DNA of 64,000 bases from Ramazzottius varieornatus (Eukaryota; Animalia; Tardigrada). Positions 26,504 to 38,699 of this stretch are shown in pieces. The notes under the pieces were generated by a model, which did not search any database, was not told the origin of the DNA, and was given only the letters and a program-made list of their open reading frames with translations. The stretch lies in assembly GCA_001949185.1 (NCBI GenBank), contig BDGG01000002.1, positions 2,911,826 through 2,975,825 of the forward strand, in the 5' to 3' direction. Within the stretch, counting starts at the first letter, position 1. The number at the start of each line of letters is the position of its first letter. The position numbers and the translations under genes are program-made.

Positions 26504-28076
26504 TTAATCTGGACGTGCACTGTACAATAGTCCCATGGGTCGCTTCATCGGAACTAACTTGATGTAATTCTTCGTGGTGCTCATGGCGTTTGCTGTGTCC
26601 GCTCCAGTAGGCCTGTGCGAAGTACTCTTTGGGGTAGTGCTGACCCCAACAGGACCTTGGCGAGGATATCCGTTGTCATCCACCCAGTCATCGCAGTTTA
26701 CCTTGCCCTGAATTTTCACCGAACTTCCTGGTACCATGTTTCCCTCCCGGTCCACACAGTACTTGTTGAAGAAGTTGCTTTGCTCTGTCTCGTAATCACC
26801 GTTTATTTTACATCTGGGAGGCGAAACGTCTTGTAGACCTTTCTTGATTTCTTGCAGTGCTTTTTCCTGCTCGGCCTTGCACTTCCCCTTAGTTGAAGGC
26901 TTGGACCTGTCGACGGCGTTACCGTTATCGTCGACCCACTCGTCACAGTTTAGTCTACCAGGCTGTCCACGTTGCATGGTGCTTCCTTGTACGAACTTTC
27001 CCTCCCGGTCCACACAGTTCATACCAAAAGGGCTTCTTTGCTCTTTCTGGTACTCCCCATTTGCCTTACATTCAGGCGGGAAAACGTCTTGCATTCCTTT
27101 CTTAAGCAGCTGTTGAGCTTGGTCTCGTGCAGCAGTGCATTCTCCAGGAGCAGTGACCGGATCGGTTCGTTCGAGCGGTTTGTTTATGGCAGGTACGACC
27201 GGGTTGCCTTCATCATCAAGCCACTTTGAGCAGTCTGAAGCTTTTTTGGGTATGCCGGGAACTGAACCGCCGTATCGGTCGAGACAAACGTAGCTGCTCC
27301 CTCTCCCCTGGAACGCTGCGTAATCAACATTAGATCGACACTCAGTCATGATAGTACCAACGTTTCCCCGACTCTGCCAGTACAGCCCTTCTGCACGCTT
27401 CCGCAGGCATTCGGTCATCAACCCAAAATCGTCTGACCGGTTGCCCGGAAAGGGTCTTTCGTTGTCGCGTCCTATATTCTTACAAAACGTTAAAAGAACT
27501 AATCTCCCGGCGAAATCTGCTAAACAAAATGTGATTACAGATCAAGTTGTCGGGAAAGGGAGAACGCGCGTTCGAAGTATCACCTGAGCCATATGTCACC
27601 GTGTTTGTACAGTACGTAGCGTACCTCGATAAGGTCCAGAAGCTTTCCTAATGAGATGGACATCGTAGTTTCCAAACGCGGTCTCAAAAGGAAAGTTGAT
27701 GCGTTTGTTGAAGATCGCCGACCAACTAGGTCTACTGTACATGACCTTCGTTGGCCAAGTGCGTGGCGGTGGGCCTGACCCCACCACGGTTGGAGTTTGG
27801 TTACGTCATGTGGACGTAGTTCCCCTTCGCCATGTCTCCAGGTCTACCACTCGGACGCCGGACCAGTTTCATTCCAGTTGGACCCACTCGAGCTCCCTGA
27901 CGTTCCTGTCGCACTTGCAAAGCAGGCTGCACGTCCATCGTTTTGTCGGCGACACTTCGTAGGGCGACCGGTCGGAAGACGTCGCGATTCTGGTGAGCGT
28001 GAACCCATGAGACGCGGCAGATGGCCAAGAGGGCGCCACATATCAGTGAATTAATCTTAGGTTTAGTATACCGCAT
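26504..28076 (-). CDS. Secreted protein with three thyroglobulin type-1 (4-Cys, type 1B-like) repeats; possible frameshift near 27800
   Basis: ORF 26504..27421 has repeats C...PPxCKxNGxYxxEQ...CVDREG...CDxWVDDNG. Signal-like SLICGALLAICRVSWVHA lies in 27801..28076; linking exon 27624-27790. Confidence 0.75.
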
Positions 28077-28931
28077 GGTACAGATATATCAGTTTTGGTT
28101 TACGTCAGGCTCATTATTTCAAAAGTTCAAATAAGGACGAATAAAAAGACCTCGTAGAACATACACTCAGAAAACGTAAGATCGAAACTGAAACAACCTT
28201 ATGGGAGCAATGATGCCAACAGGCTGCCTCAACGTTGGGGTAGCAACAATTCCAAGATGTCAGAAAGCCTCGACATGGCCTATCTACGCTGCAACGCAGT
28301 TCCCACGTGTAGCACTCGCGGAAAGTTAATCATGTGCATGTAAACTGGTGGTATTACCTTGTGTTGTTTGCAGAGGAATTTTATCACAAAGCTCTCACCT
28401 TACGTGCGATCTCACTATGACAGCAAGAAATAGCGTTAACTAACGTGACGTGAAGAACCAACGCCGTACGTATACCTCGGACCGGAATTCCGAGACCATT
28501 AGACTGTTGGCAGAGACCAAACCGGCGTTGACTAATCTGAATAACTATCTTCACTATAGCAGGGAAGAGGCCTCTCTTCCTAGGCTGTCAGATGGCAGTT
28601 ATCTTATAGAGAACCTCAAAGCCTATTGTTCGAGAACAGACAAACACGGATGCTCTATACTTTCCTTTCTTAAGAGTTCTGAACAAGATCCGGTTACCCT
28701 AGTCAACGAATTAAAGTCGAGATGCCCTCTGATCAGCTGAGTAGCTCCGCCCATCCCTGTTTGCTCAGAGCTCCACATGGGGCACACCTTCCAGTCGAAA
28801 ACAATATCAGTCGAACAGTTTCTTTCTTACAGCTCCGTCCACTTAGCCTCATCGTCTATCCTATAAGTTTCAGAGCAGCATTGCGTACATCTTAGTTTCC
28901 GACAACGCCACGTTTCGCTCCTGCCAACAGC

Positions 28932-29708
28932 ATGATTTCCATCAAGTCTTGGACTTTTGTGACGCTGGTTCTCTGCGCTTTCCTTTCCGGTTGTTCGGCA
29001 GCGAAGAATCCCGGAAGACGTAATCGATCCACCACTCCGTCCTCCGTGTCTTCGACGGTCGCCGCTCCACCTCCGAGTGTTACCGCGTCGCTTCCGGTCC
29101 TTTCAACCACAATCAAAGGTAACTCTCCAAATATTCCAACGATTACAGTATTTTCGCCGTTCTTCGATAAATGATTTTCCGGCACGTTCTTTCCTGCGAT
29201 GAAGAGGTCCGCTTGTTACTTCGTATTGGTTTTTCCACAGCTGGATCTCCAGGCCAACGTAACCGATCGTCTTCGAAGAATGGTGGTCGTCGCAGCCAGT
29301 CCAAGTCCCCGGAAAGGATCAAGCGCCAGATTGGAAGTCCTTATGGTATGGTTGGTGCAGGTCTTGGCGGATTCGGTGGAGGGTACGGCCTACCAATAAA
29401 CAGCGCTGCTACTGGATCGGCTATCGGCACTGCGAACGCTTTGATGGGACAAGCCACCAGCAATGGCCAGACTTTCACCAGTAAGACCTACTTTCTCCAT
29501 TATCCTGCTGTACCCCAGTTTTGCTATCACAGAACTACAAGTTCTTTTGTTTCCAGATCCCATGGGTTACTCTAGCAGCAACGCGAATGGATTCGCCAGT
29601 GGCTATTCGCCTTCTTCGACGTCCATCGCCAATTCTAACTCGCAAGGTGGCTTCCTGGGTCGCCGAAAGCGCTATGCTGAGTCTGCTTTGCCCTTCCTTA
29701 CCGTGTAA
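28932..29708 (+). CDS. Three-exon secreted precursor of a Gly/Ser-rich peptide
   Basis: Exons 28932-29118, 29241-29480 and 29557-29708 join in frame: signal MISIKSWTFVTLVLCAFLSGCSA, then RIKR-QIGSPYGMVGAGLGGFGGGYG...NSQGGFLG-RRKR. TATA-like TATAAG at about 28862. Confidence 0.8.
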
Positions 29709-30119
29709 GGAACCTTGCCATTCGTAGTTCACAGTCCACGTTAGTTGGCTTTCTCATAAAATGAGTTTGAATTTTTTACTTGTTGAACGAAGTGTTATCT
29801 GTCTTCGCAATCTGGCTGTTTTTTTACACTCTTCTCTAAGGCGGGACTGCACGCCCTTAAAGAAAGTTTGAAGGTCTTTTTGGAGGGACTGGCCGACACA
29901 AAAAATCTGAAAGGTTTCCTAGCGAATACAGCTCGACGTTTTCGTGAAGAATTTCACAGAAGTCTGAAACAGAATTTGTCGTACGGTAGAAGGTCCCAGT
30001 CAGAAAACTTGTATTATCTTCGACACTCGAAATTTTATCCTTAACAAGCTTTGGAGTATTCCCTGGAACCGAGTGTAGCACGTAACTACCTTCAGCCAGG
30101 GACTGGACTCTGGCCAGTA

Positions 30120-30889
30120 ATGTTGCCATCTAATTATTCGCTGGTGTTGGCACTGGTGCTATTTGGGACGCTGTTGACCCTGGTCAAGGGACGCTCCAAA
30201 CCGTCACTGGTCAACGGACCCTACCGACCGCCTCTGACCACCGCTAACCCAAACGCAAATTTTATCTCGGTAGGTGGCGATGCAATCTGGGATGAGGCGT
30301 TGAACCTATATCTGGATTCTGCACCGCATGTTTTATACAGTGTGAACAACGCTTTCCGTCGGGTTTCGAAGTCTGATAACGTCATTGACCGCTGACCGTT
30401 ATTCGTCCTGGTCTACGGCTATTTTAATTGCACAATGTGGCAAGTGCAGTACTGTGGACACACGTCCATTCAAAATTCGAAACCAGACGAAAAGCGGTTT
30501 TCACAATGTAACTCCGACCAGCCAATAAATCCTGGCATTTTTTTTCCGAAGATTAATTGCACGAATTACGACAAACGACGTGGAGCATGCAACCGAATGA
30601 TGTTGCCCGTCTGCGCTGAAGGTCGAACTTCGAGTAACGAGTGTGAAGCCTGTAACACGCGAAGAACCCGGTCCCTCTTTTTGGCTGCGTCCCTGGGGCC
30701 ATGCAAGCAGAGCTACTCGCAAAACGGTTGGTGTTACTCGACCCTCAGAACCCGTCAATACGTCAAAATTCTGGCAATCCATTGTTTCTCATATTAATTT
30801 TGCAGTTATGGTACCATGATGGACATGCGTGGAGGAAGGTGCAACATGAAGTATGGTCGACGAAGCGTAACTCGTCTCTGAAAATTTAG
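30120..30889 (+). CDS. Secreted Kazal-type protease inhibitor domain protein (possibly pseudogene)
   Basis: Signal MLPSNYSLVLALVLFGTLLTLVKG; Kazal pattern C..Y....ACNRMMLPVCAEGRTSSNECEAC...LGPC. Stops in the putative second exon (30340-30400). Confidence 0.65.
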
Positions 30890-32427
30890 TTGTTTTTCTC
30901 GCGACGTATGAATCAGAAAGTACAGCCCGTTCACGCCACTTGCTACCACCTGCAACTTCGACGTTTAAAAAATAGAGAAGGCTTCTGTTCCTTTCTTGCC
31001 TATACACTATCATACAACTTTTCAAGCAGCTTCTAGTGAGCTATGGTTGGATAACATAAGTTGAGAGATGGTTCCGAAAAACAGGTTAATACGACTTCCG
31101 GTGGGGAAGACTAATCATCACGAACAAAACGTGGTCTCTGGAACTCCAGGCGTGAGTAAAACCTCAATTCGATTTCAACAAGCGAACACATACTTAGGAT
31201 GTTAAATAAAATTAGGGGAGACTGCAGGAAAGCCCTGGAAGCGTAGCAAATGAATTAGATCCGACGAATTCGACCGTTTTGCCGGTAAACCCCCTCCTCT
31301 ATAAGAAACTCCAGCTCGTGACCTGAACGGCACATCGGTACTTTCGACCAATTTTCCTAAAGAACAGTCCGTGTTCTACTTACTGTGAACCAAAAAACAG
31401 CAGAACTTCAAACCGAAATTGTAGAAAGTATTTTTGAAAACACCCCCAAAAATTTTGAAAGTTGGTGCATTTTTCGCGTTTCCCGACCGCTACTTTAATG
31501 TCGATTGTAACTTCTAGTAAACGGATTCCGGGTCAGTAGGTTTTCCTGAGGTAGCCAATAAGATGCCGGATCGAGGAAAACTGGTTATGAAGTTGCGCGA
31601 TTATCGCGTGGAGGACGGCTTGAATAAATAGGTGGTAGCAAGTTGGCGTGAACGGGTTGTAGTATCAAGTATCAACGGTTGCTGTTTCTATCAAAGATTC
31701 TATCTTAATTTTCCGCTTTTTGCTCGATGTTTTTCGTCTCTGGTCTCTTGATCGCGATCTATGGGCTCGAGCTAGATTAATAGTTTTGAGGTTTCCCAGC
31801 AAAACCTTACAGCACTTATATTTCGGAATTTTGAAGCGAACCAAAGTCTTGCAAAGTCGTGTTGTGAACGAACACAGTTGTAATAATTATGTCAGACAAC
31901 TGTAATATATTGATTAGCACCTCATATCTTCATCCTGATGATATGAAGTGTTCAAGAGAAAGAATACCAGCCTTTATTTTGACTGTATGATCATCAGTTC
32001 AAATGTGAGTGGGGAATTTGTCGCTATTTTTCGAAGCGCCGAAGACAGGGATCTCCCAGAGCATCTTACCTCGGCTTGATACCGGCATGGTAAGTCTTCA
32101 AGCGAATTGAAATTTTTTGGAGTGAGTTCCATCCAAACACTAACCATTTCAACGTACAAATCAACGAGCTGTTGGTTAAGGATAGGACTGATGTAATCTT
32201 TTGAGTGTCGTGAAAAATGTTCGAAAAAAAGAGCTCAAGTTGGCTGCCACGCACTGTATGCGGAAGGAACTGCTCAAAATTCTACAGACATAGTGTTGAT
32301 CGTAGAAAGAGCTAACAGGGTACTTGAAAGTTTTTCTTTCTGAAAGACTGAAAATTTTTGGGACTATCGCGGTTGCCAGTGCGCCTTCAAAAGGAACCCT
32401 CAGCGTCGAAGCAGTTTAACGCAGTCA

Positions 32428-33868
32428 TCAGCTGGCACAAGAACTAGAAGATAAAATTTCGAGCTGTAGTAGTCCTTGGTAAAAGCTCGTGTACCTTGTA
32501 GGCCACAGAAAATACGCTGTCGACTCTTACCTTCTCCATCAACAGTGGCCCGGGATGAACAACGTCCTCGTACCAGTTCAAGCGTTGTTTCGAAAGTTCT
32601 CGAGGTGTGGACCATACTGGAACGTGACCGTCTCTCATGGCCTCGTCTCCTAGATGACCTAAGTTTTCAAGTTGCTGCCTGCCGGTTTCATTTCCTACCC
32701 AGGCGAAATTTCCCCAGCTAGGCGGACGCGTATGATCGCCAGGTACTACGACGGAAGAAGAACACAGGTCAATGTCCACGGATTCCGGCGGTCGTATGTG
32801 CTAGTAATAACGCTGGCTTATACGTGTTGACATCCAAATGCTCAGGGTCCCTTTATGATGATGCAGCTCCTTTAATGCTATACCGATTTTCATCACACTA
32901 TCTAGAAGAAAGTGAAAGCGGGTACGCTACAAAACAAATTTCGTTCGGTAATTGCGGGAGCTTACCTCCGAATACATCACTCTCGTTCGCTCCATGTCTG
33001 GGGGAAGCTACTGAATGCTACGAAGTCTAACTACAGTTCGCTTGTCAGATCAATGTCAGTGTTTCAAAACGAAGCCACGGAGCAGACCTACCGCTCCAAA
33101 CTGGAACATAGCAAGTTGCGGAGTAGAGTTCGTTTTAATCCAGCTGGACAAAAGCCTCCCCAACCGTGCATCATATGGATGAACTATCCAGTAAAACATC
33201 TGAAAGAGCGGTTTTCAGTGGTTAATCCCGTAGATGCTTTGCATTTTGTGGCAGGCATCTGGAGGCTGTGCCAAGGTTGACAGGTAAGGAAAAATGCGGC
33301 ACACAGACAAGGAAGTCCGCTTGACTTACCAAGGTTATGTTATATGCCTTCGACACGAACACGCGATCTTCTTGATAATGGTTCTCGCGGTTGCTAAACT
33401 GGTACGACTGGTTTGTAAGTCCGCTCCAGATAAGCATACAGAAAAACCTGACTCGCGAGTCTCCAACACAAGCAATGGTTTTGCCGCGCAGCAATTTTAG
33501 GCTTTCCCTTATGTCGTCAGTCCTGCAATATCAATTTCGTGGAAACTGGGATGTGATCTTGCTTGTGCATTCGTACTTTTCTGAAAGAATTGACTGAGAT
33601 TAGCTTACAAGTTGAAGAATTTGCTGGAAGTCAGGTTTGAGCTGTCCAGGCATATAGCTTCGGCGTAATGCAGAGACTGAAGGGTCTTTAAGCATCTTGC
33701 AGGCAGCTGGCTCCCCGAAGTGCTCCAGTTCCAAGACGACAACGCGCCGACCACCGCTGTGCTCTCTTCAAAATACAAGAGCCCTGTGGTGGTTAGTAAG
33801 AACACACAGCACAAACTCAGACGTTTGAACTGGACTTGAGACTTCGTTTTCCGTTGACCATCTTCCAT
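32428..33868 (-). pseudogene. CASD1/NXPE/PC-esterase-like SGNH O-acyltransferase/esterase, type II membrane, with in-frame stop(s)
   Basis: N-terminal TM segment (33605..33868), LRGKTIACVGDSRVR (GDS motif) and C-terminal YEDVVHPG (DxxH). In-frame TGA at about 33531 upstream of the GDS motif. Confidence 0.65.
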
Positions 33869-35889
33869 TTCGATCCGGCTTTAGCTGGTTCAACTAAGGC
33901 TAGGCATTAGATATATTCGAACACAACTTGGCTGAAAGCCGCAAAAGGCATCAACGTTGGGGTTCACGAGCTTGCAGTACAGCAAGATAAAACGTAACCG
34001 CGGTGAACGGGCAGGATACCTGAACGTTATAATGTAAGGTAAACAGGGTGCGGTTGTTTGCTTGATGTATCAGAGCATGCTGTGGTTTCGCGTATGCCAC
34101 TCTGTGGTTCCATGTAAACCATGTATGCTCAGCCCAAGATACCTCGATATGAGAGTTCGACAAGCCGGCAAGCTATCTGCTAACTTAAACGATAAGAACA
34201 GTCACAAGTTGGGCTCAAAACGCTGCATTTGGTACGTATACAGTACTTACAAAAAACCGTGCGCAGTACCAAAAACCGTGATCCATCTACCGAATCATGG
34301 TAAGTATAATAGGCCGCCTCCCAAATCGAGTTATGGCTAAGACATGGCCGTCTGTAGGTCGTATTTTGCGCTCTTTGGGTGATGTCGTCAGAATTTCGTC
34401 TAATCCAGCCATACAGGGTTATCCCGATAAGTTGGACGGATTTTGAAAACGCATAGTAAAGTCGATTTTCTCCCTAATTTTTCATACGTCAGCTCATTCG
34501 ACAGAACACGTCTTCATCTTCGATTTTTGTGAAGGTCTCTTCAACAAAACAACGATTGTTTGACTGTTGTGAGCTATGAAAAATCGTCATTTTACGGGTA
34601 AAACGTGGGAACCTCAGTTGGATTATTTGTATCTGACGCGCAAAACTATAAGGTTTCCCCATAAAAATGTTTTACGAAAGAAGTACGTTTGTTAAAAAAC
34701 TAATTATTAAAAAACAAACGGGCGGTTCTCACGCGCTGCCGACGGAGAAACCAAAAATACTTCAAAAAATACGCGAAAACTTTTGCTTACCCCCTGAGTC
34801 AGCAGCAATATTGTCGCTCGCAAATCCAACCGTGTGTTTGAACTCGTAAGTGATATTTTTCTACTATATCAAGAAGGTTTTTCCAACAGAATAGCCAGCG
34901 AAATTGTTTTGAAATGTTTTGCACGCAAACACACCAGCCAGAAGTGCATTGCATGTTGGTTTCGGGAAAACTTTTTCCACCTAGTTCACATCTTCAGCAC
35001 TGTGCTCCTTCTGGACCACGACACCGCGACAAGATTTTTTCACAATGTTTTCAATAGTTAGACGTATCTAGGAACGAACTTTCGAAGAAGTGAGAGCACT
35101 GCTCATTGTTTTATTCAAGCGCAAAATCCGTCCAACTTATCGGGATCTCCCTGTACATGCCCACGATGAAAATTAGATGGATGCATGACGCGCAAACGAA
35201 AAGACATGTAGCGGAAACGACAGTGCGTTCGTCGGGACAGCTCCATTTGATAGTATAGCGCTCGTTCCGTGTTGCGCAGGACCCTAGAGGCCAGTCTGGA
35301 GCAGCGACAACGAGCAACATATCTTACAGAACAAGTAGTTGAACACCAGGAAGGAATAAGTCAAATTAGTGTATAAAGCTGAACTCGCAGGAAGACGGCT
35401 GCAAAATGAGATTGATGAGTCAATTTTGCTCATCATAAAATTTCTAAAGGTCTCCGGACTATAGAAGGAGTGAATAAAACCACGTTACCTCGAATACAGC
35501 AGTCCTCAGTCGATGGGTGAAAAGTTTTATTTTCACTTCGCCGAACCTATTCTGATCAGTGGCATGGCTAACAGATCAGGTGAGCTGTTATAAAAACTCC
35601 CAAAACTGCCGAATTCTCTTCTTGAAAAGTTACCCTCATGCGTAAGATGAGTTGCGTTCAAGGGTACAAGACACTGACACTTGTTGTTCATTAAGGATTT
35701 GGTTGCAGCGCTGGAATACTTTTCGCTGGCTTTGTAGTTTATTAATTATCAATATTGGTCATTTTACAGGTGTGGGCGGCTTGTACGTCAAGACAACAAA
35801 AACTCAATTTATTTCCGACTACGCAGGTAGCTTATGTTCGGGAATGACGATCTGGACTATCAGATTCTCGTCAGTCGTCAGTGTTTCTC

Positions 35890-36118
35890 CCAGCCCCCAG
35901 TCGAGTTCTTGGTTCCTGCTCTAAAGTCCTCCACTTACGGGTCCTACACACGAAATCTGATTTGACTGAGCTTGTAATCGGCGTCTAATCAGCTTTTTAT
36001 CTAATTTTGGCAGGTTTTTAACCAAAAAAGGCCATGAAATTGGCATAAAATCCAGGTGCAACCTACTATCGTGAAATCAGCTTTTTTTTCTGACGAACTA
36101 GCGATCCGGCTAGGCTGG
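35890..36118. mobile_element. CCAGCC-ended non-autonomous element, copy 2 (inverted relative to 11230-11455)
   Basis: About 230-bp reverse-complement match; termini CCAGCC...GGCTGG flanked by TC/TC. Confidence 0.75.
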
Positions 36119-36299
36119 TCGGAACTCGTGCTGACCGGCGGGAGCTGGCAGGTTTGCGTGATCTGAACCAGGAGCTAGTCCGGTGTACCGATTGCGCACC
36201 TGACGTCCCGTTTTTGGCATCCGTAACGCAGACGGAACATTCGACACTCCCGGTGTTGGTAGTCATGCTATGCTCATGCGCTGGCATTTGGCTGGAAGA

Positions 36300-37905
36300 T
36301 CATTGATGGAACCCACAGAATAGGCACTTCTTCACACAACGCCGAAACTTCCGCGTGAAGCAAAGCTGTGCCACTGGCGTTATGGCGGTTGAAGTCTTCG
36401 CCAGCAAAGAAGAGAGGAACTCGACCCAGACCGGACAGATGGCGCTGCTCTGGGAGTAGAACGCATGCACCGCGATCACGAAAGATGGCGCTCGGCACAG
36501 GATCTGGCAGGCACAAACGGTGCAAGCCATCTGCAAAATAAGAAAGTCTTTCACCGCATAGCGTAGTATCGAATCAGAAAACACTCATGGGCCTCTAGAA
36601 GAGAAACCGATCAAGTAACGCTCTTGAAGAAAGCGTCACTTTCTGTCGCGTTTGATTTAGATTTGTACTCCGTACCCAGAGAACCTTGGCCGCCGCAGAT
36701 CTACTTCCGGAAGTGGTGTCCAACTGATTCGCCCCTTGTTCTCTTCGTGCTTTGTGGGGATGTTTCCCGAAATAGCCGTGTGTAAGCGGCAAGCTGATGA
36801 AAAGACCGGCGACTCCGATTAGGGGAAGGAGAAAGCCCGCCAACAGCACGCAGGTCACATAAATGAAAGATGACAGTTCTCGGTAACCTTCGGCCCAATT
36901 AAGTCCGCAGCCTGTTCCTGCTCTTTCTGCCTCGTAACTGCCAATTCCAAATACCGGTAAGGTACAGGTGAGTATTGCGGCATTGTAGAGGATCCAAAGG
37001 AAAACGCGGGAAAGTAATCGCGTTCTCTTTAGTTGTGTAATGTGGTTGCCTGTAACCATCAGTGGAGATCATTGATCGATGTTGGCAGGCTGTGGAATGT
37101 CTGCACGAAAACTGTGGAAATAAAAAAGAAGCAACAAAAAACCCACATTTGAAGCTGATCAATGTTGATGAATGTGCGGCAACCGCGATGGAGAATACAA
37201 TCCAAGCCGACGTTAGACCGAAGAGCAGATCGAAAAATCCGTATATACTGCAACCTGTACTTACAACAAGAGCAACTTCGAAACTGTACTGTACCATGAA
37301 TGAACGTATAAACAAGCCTTAAAAATGTTTCTGTATCCACGTTTCTTTTGTAGGCTGTCGCATAACGATTATAATGTTCAAGTACAGAAGTTAGACGTTA
37401 ACCATCTTGAAAATTTAGGATACAGCTTTAATAGATCTCTAGCTTAGTATCACCCCGAAACGTGGCCGTTTTTTGTGATGTTCCGTTGGTAGCTTACCGG
37501 TATCTCCGAATGCCCACCAGTGACACAGGAAGGTAACAACCAGGAAGGGTAATGTGGTGATTGCCTGCAGTCCATTAGAGAAAGCCAGATATCCCAGTAG
37601 ACCGTCGACGGACCGGCGTTTCACACATTTTCCTTGCATTTTCATCACGATGGCGCCGTTGACGTACAAAGTGACAATCCCTAACGAGCGATTATTTAAA
37701 ATTGAGAATTACCATAATGGAATAATCATCCTCAAGTGGACTCCTTACAGAGAACGATGACGTAAGCCGCGAGAACATAATCAACTTCCGCCGAGAATCT
37801 GGATTTATATTCCGCCTTGAGCGTCTCTCCGTTTTTCGTGAGCCAGCTTGTGTGGTTCAAAGACGTCGACTTCAGCTTATTATTAGGCAGACCCGTAGCC
37901 GACAT
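36300..37905 (-). CDS. Divergent opsin (neuropsin/peropsin/RGR-like, group 4), 5 exons
   Basis: 7TM exons: SRFSAEVDYVLAAY..GIVTLYVNG (TM1), WAFGDTGCSIYGFFDLLFG (TM3), LPVFGIGSYEAERAGTGCGLNW (ECL2) and LLAKTSTAITP (TM7 with retinal-binding Lys equivalent). Confidence 0.85.
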
Positions 37906-38699
37906 TTCTGTACCGTCAAAGAAGACGAAGGACGTCAAGTAGCACGGAAAACGGCATACAGGGAGCTGAAAGCGTCAGTACACCTCTTTCCGCCGGGATC
38001 TGGAGCTACAGTAGATGCGTCTGTTCTTCGCGTTACAGAATGTCCTGTGTTCGTTCGAATTTGGGCACTTGCGGTGCGCTATGCCATACACTTCCCGAAC
38101 TTGTCGTTAGAAGAAAGCGACTCTCAGAATATCTGCAGGCCATTCCAAAACAAGATACGGGACTTGAAATAGGAGCTTTTTGGTCGACTGCTGGGTTTCC
38201 ATAAACTGTCTCGATGCAGAGAGCCAGATAGCACACGAAGCGCCGTTGAGAATTCAAGGTTCAAGTTCAGGAACTGGAAGAAATGCGCTGGGAGAGAGTT
38301 TTCTGTTGGTAGCCGATAGTACGATCAGAAACATACATACAGTCGATCGCTTCAGTGCCCCATCACAAGAACAGGATGGCGCAGTATCCTCATGATCAGC
38401 TCCCACGTGCACGAGCACATAAGGCTGAATATCTTGACATGGTAGGCCTCTAGGCAAATCCTACAAATTGTTCAGATATGAGAAATGCTCGATGCAAAAA
38501 TCCATACGTAGTGTCAACTAGAGCAGTATTCATGATCCCGATCCCCAAACCAAGGCTCTGGTTTTCATGATCATCGATGGTTGCGACGCATGATTGGAAT
38601 TCCCGCTGGAGTCACAATCCAGGCGGAGAAACGAGTCGGTTCAGTTGTCTTTGCGAACTGCAGTTTCAAGCCGTTCTTGCGTTAGTTTCGTAAAAAGCA

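Noticed and set aside
33529-33533. In-frame TGA in the SGNH gene as selenocysteine
   Set aside because: Not at a recognised redox Cys position, no SECIS identified, and other disruptions appear downstream.
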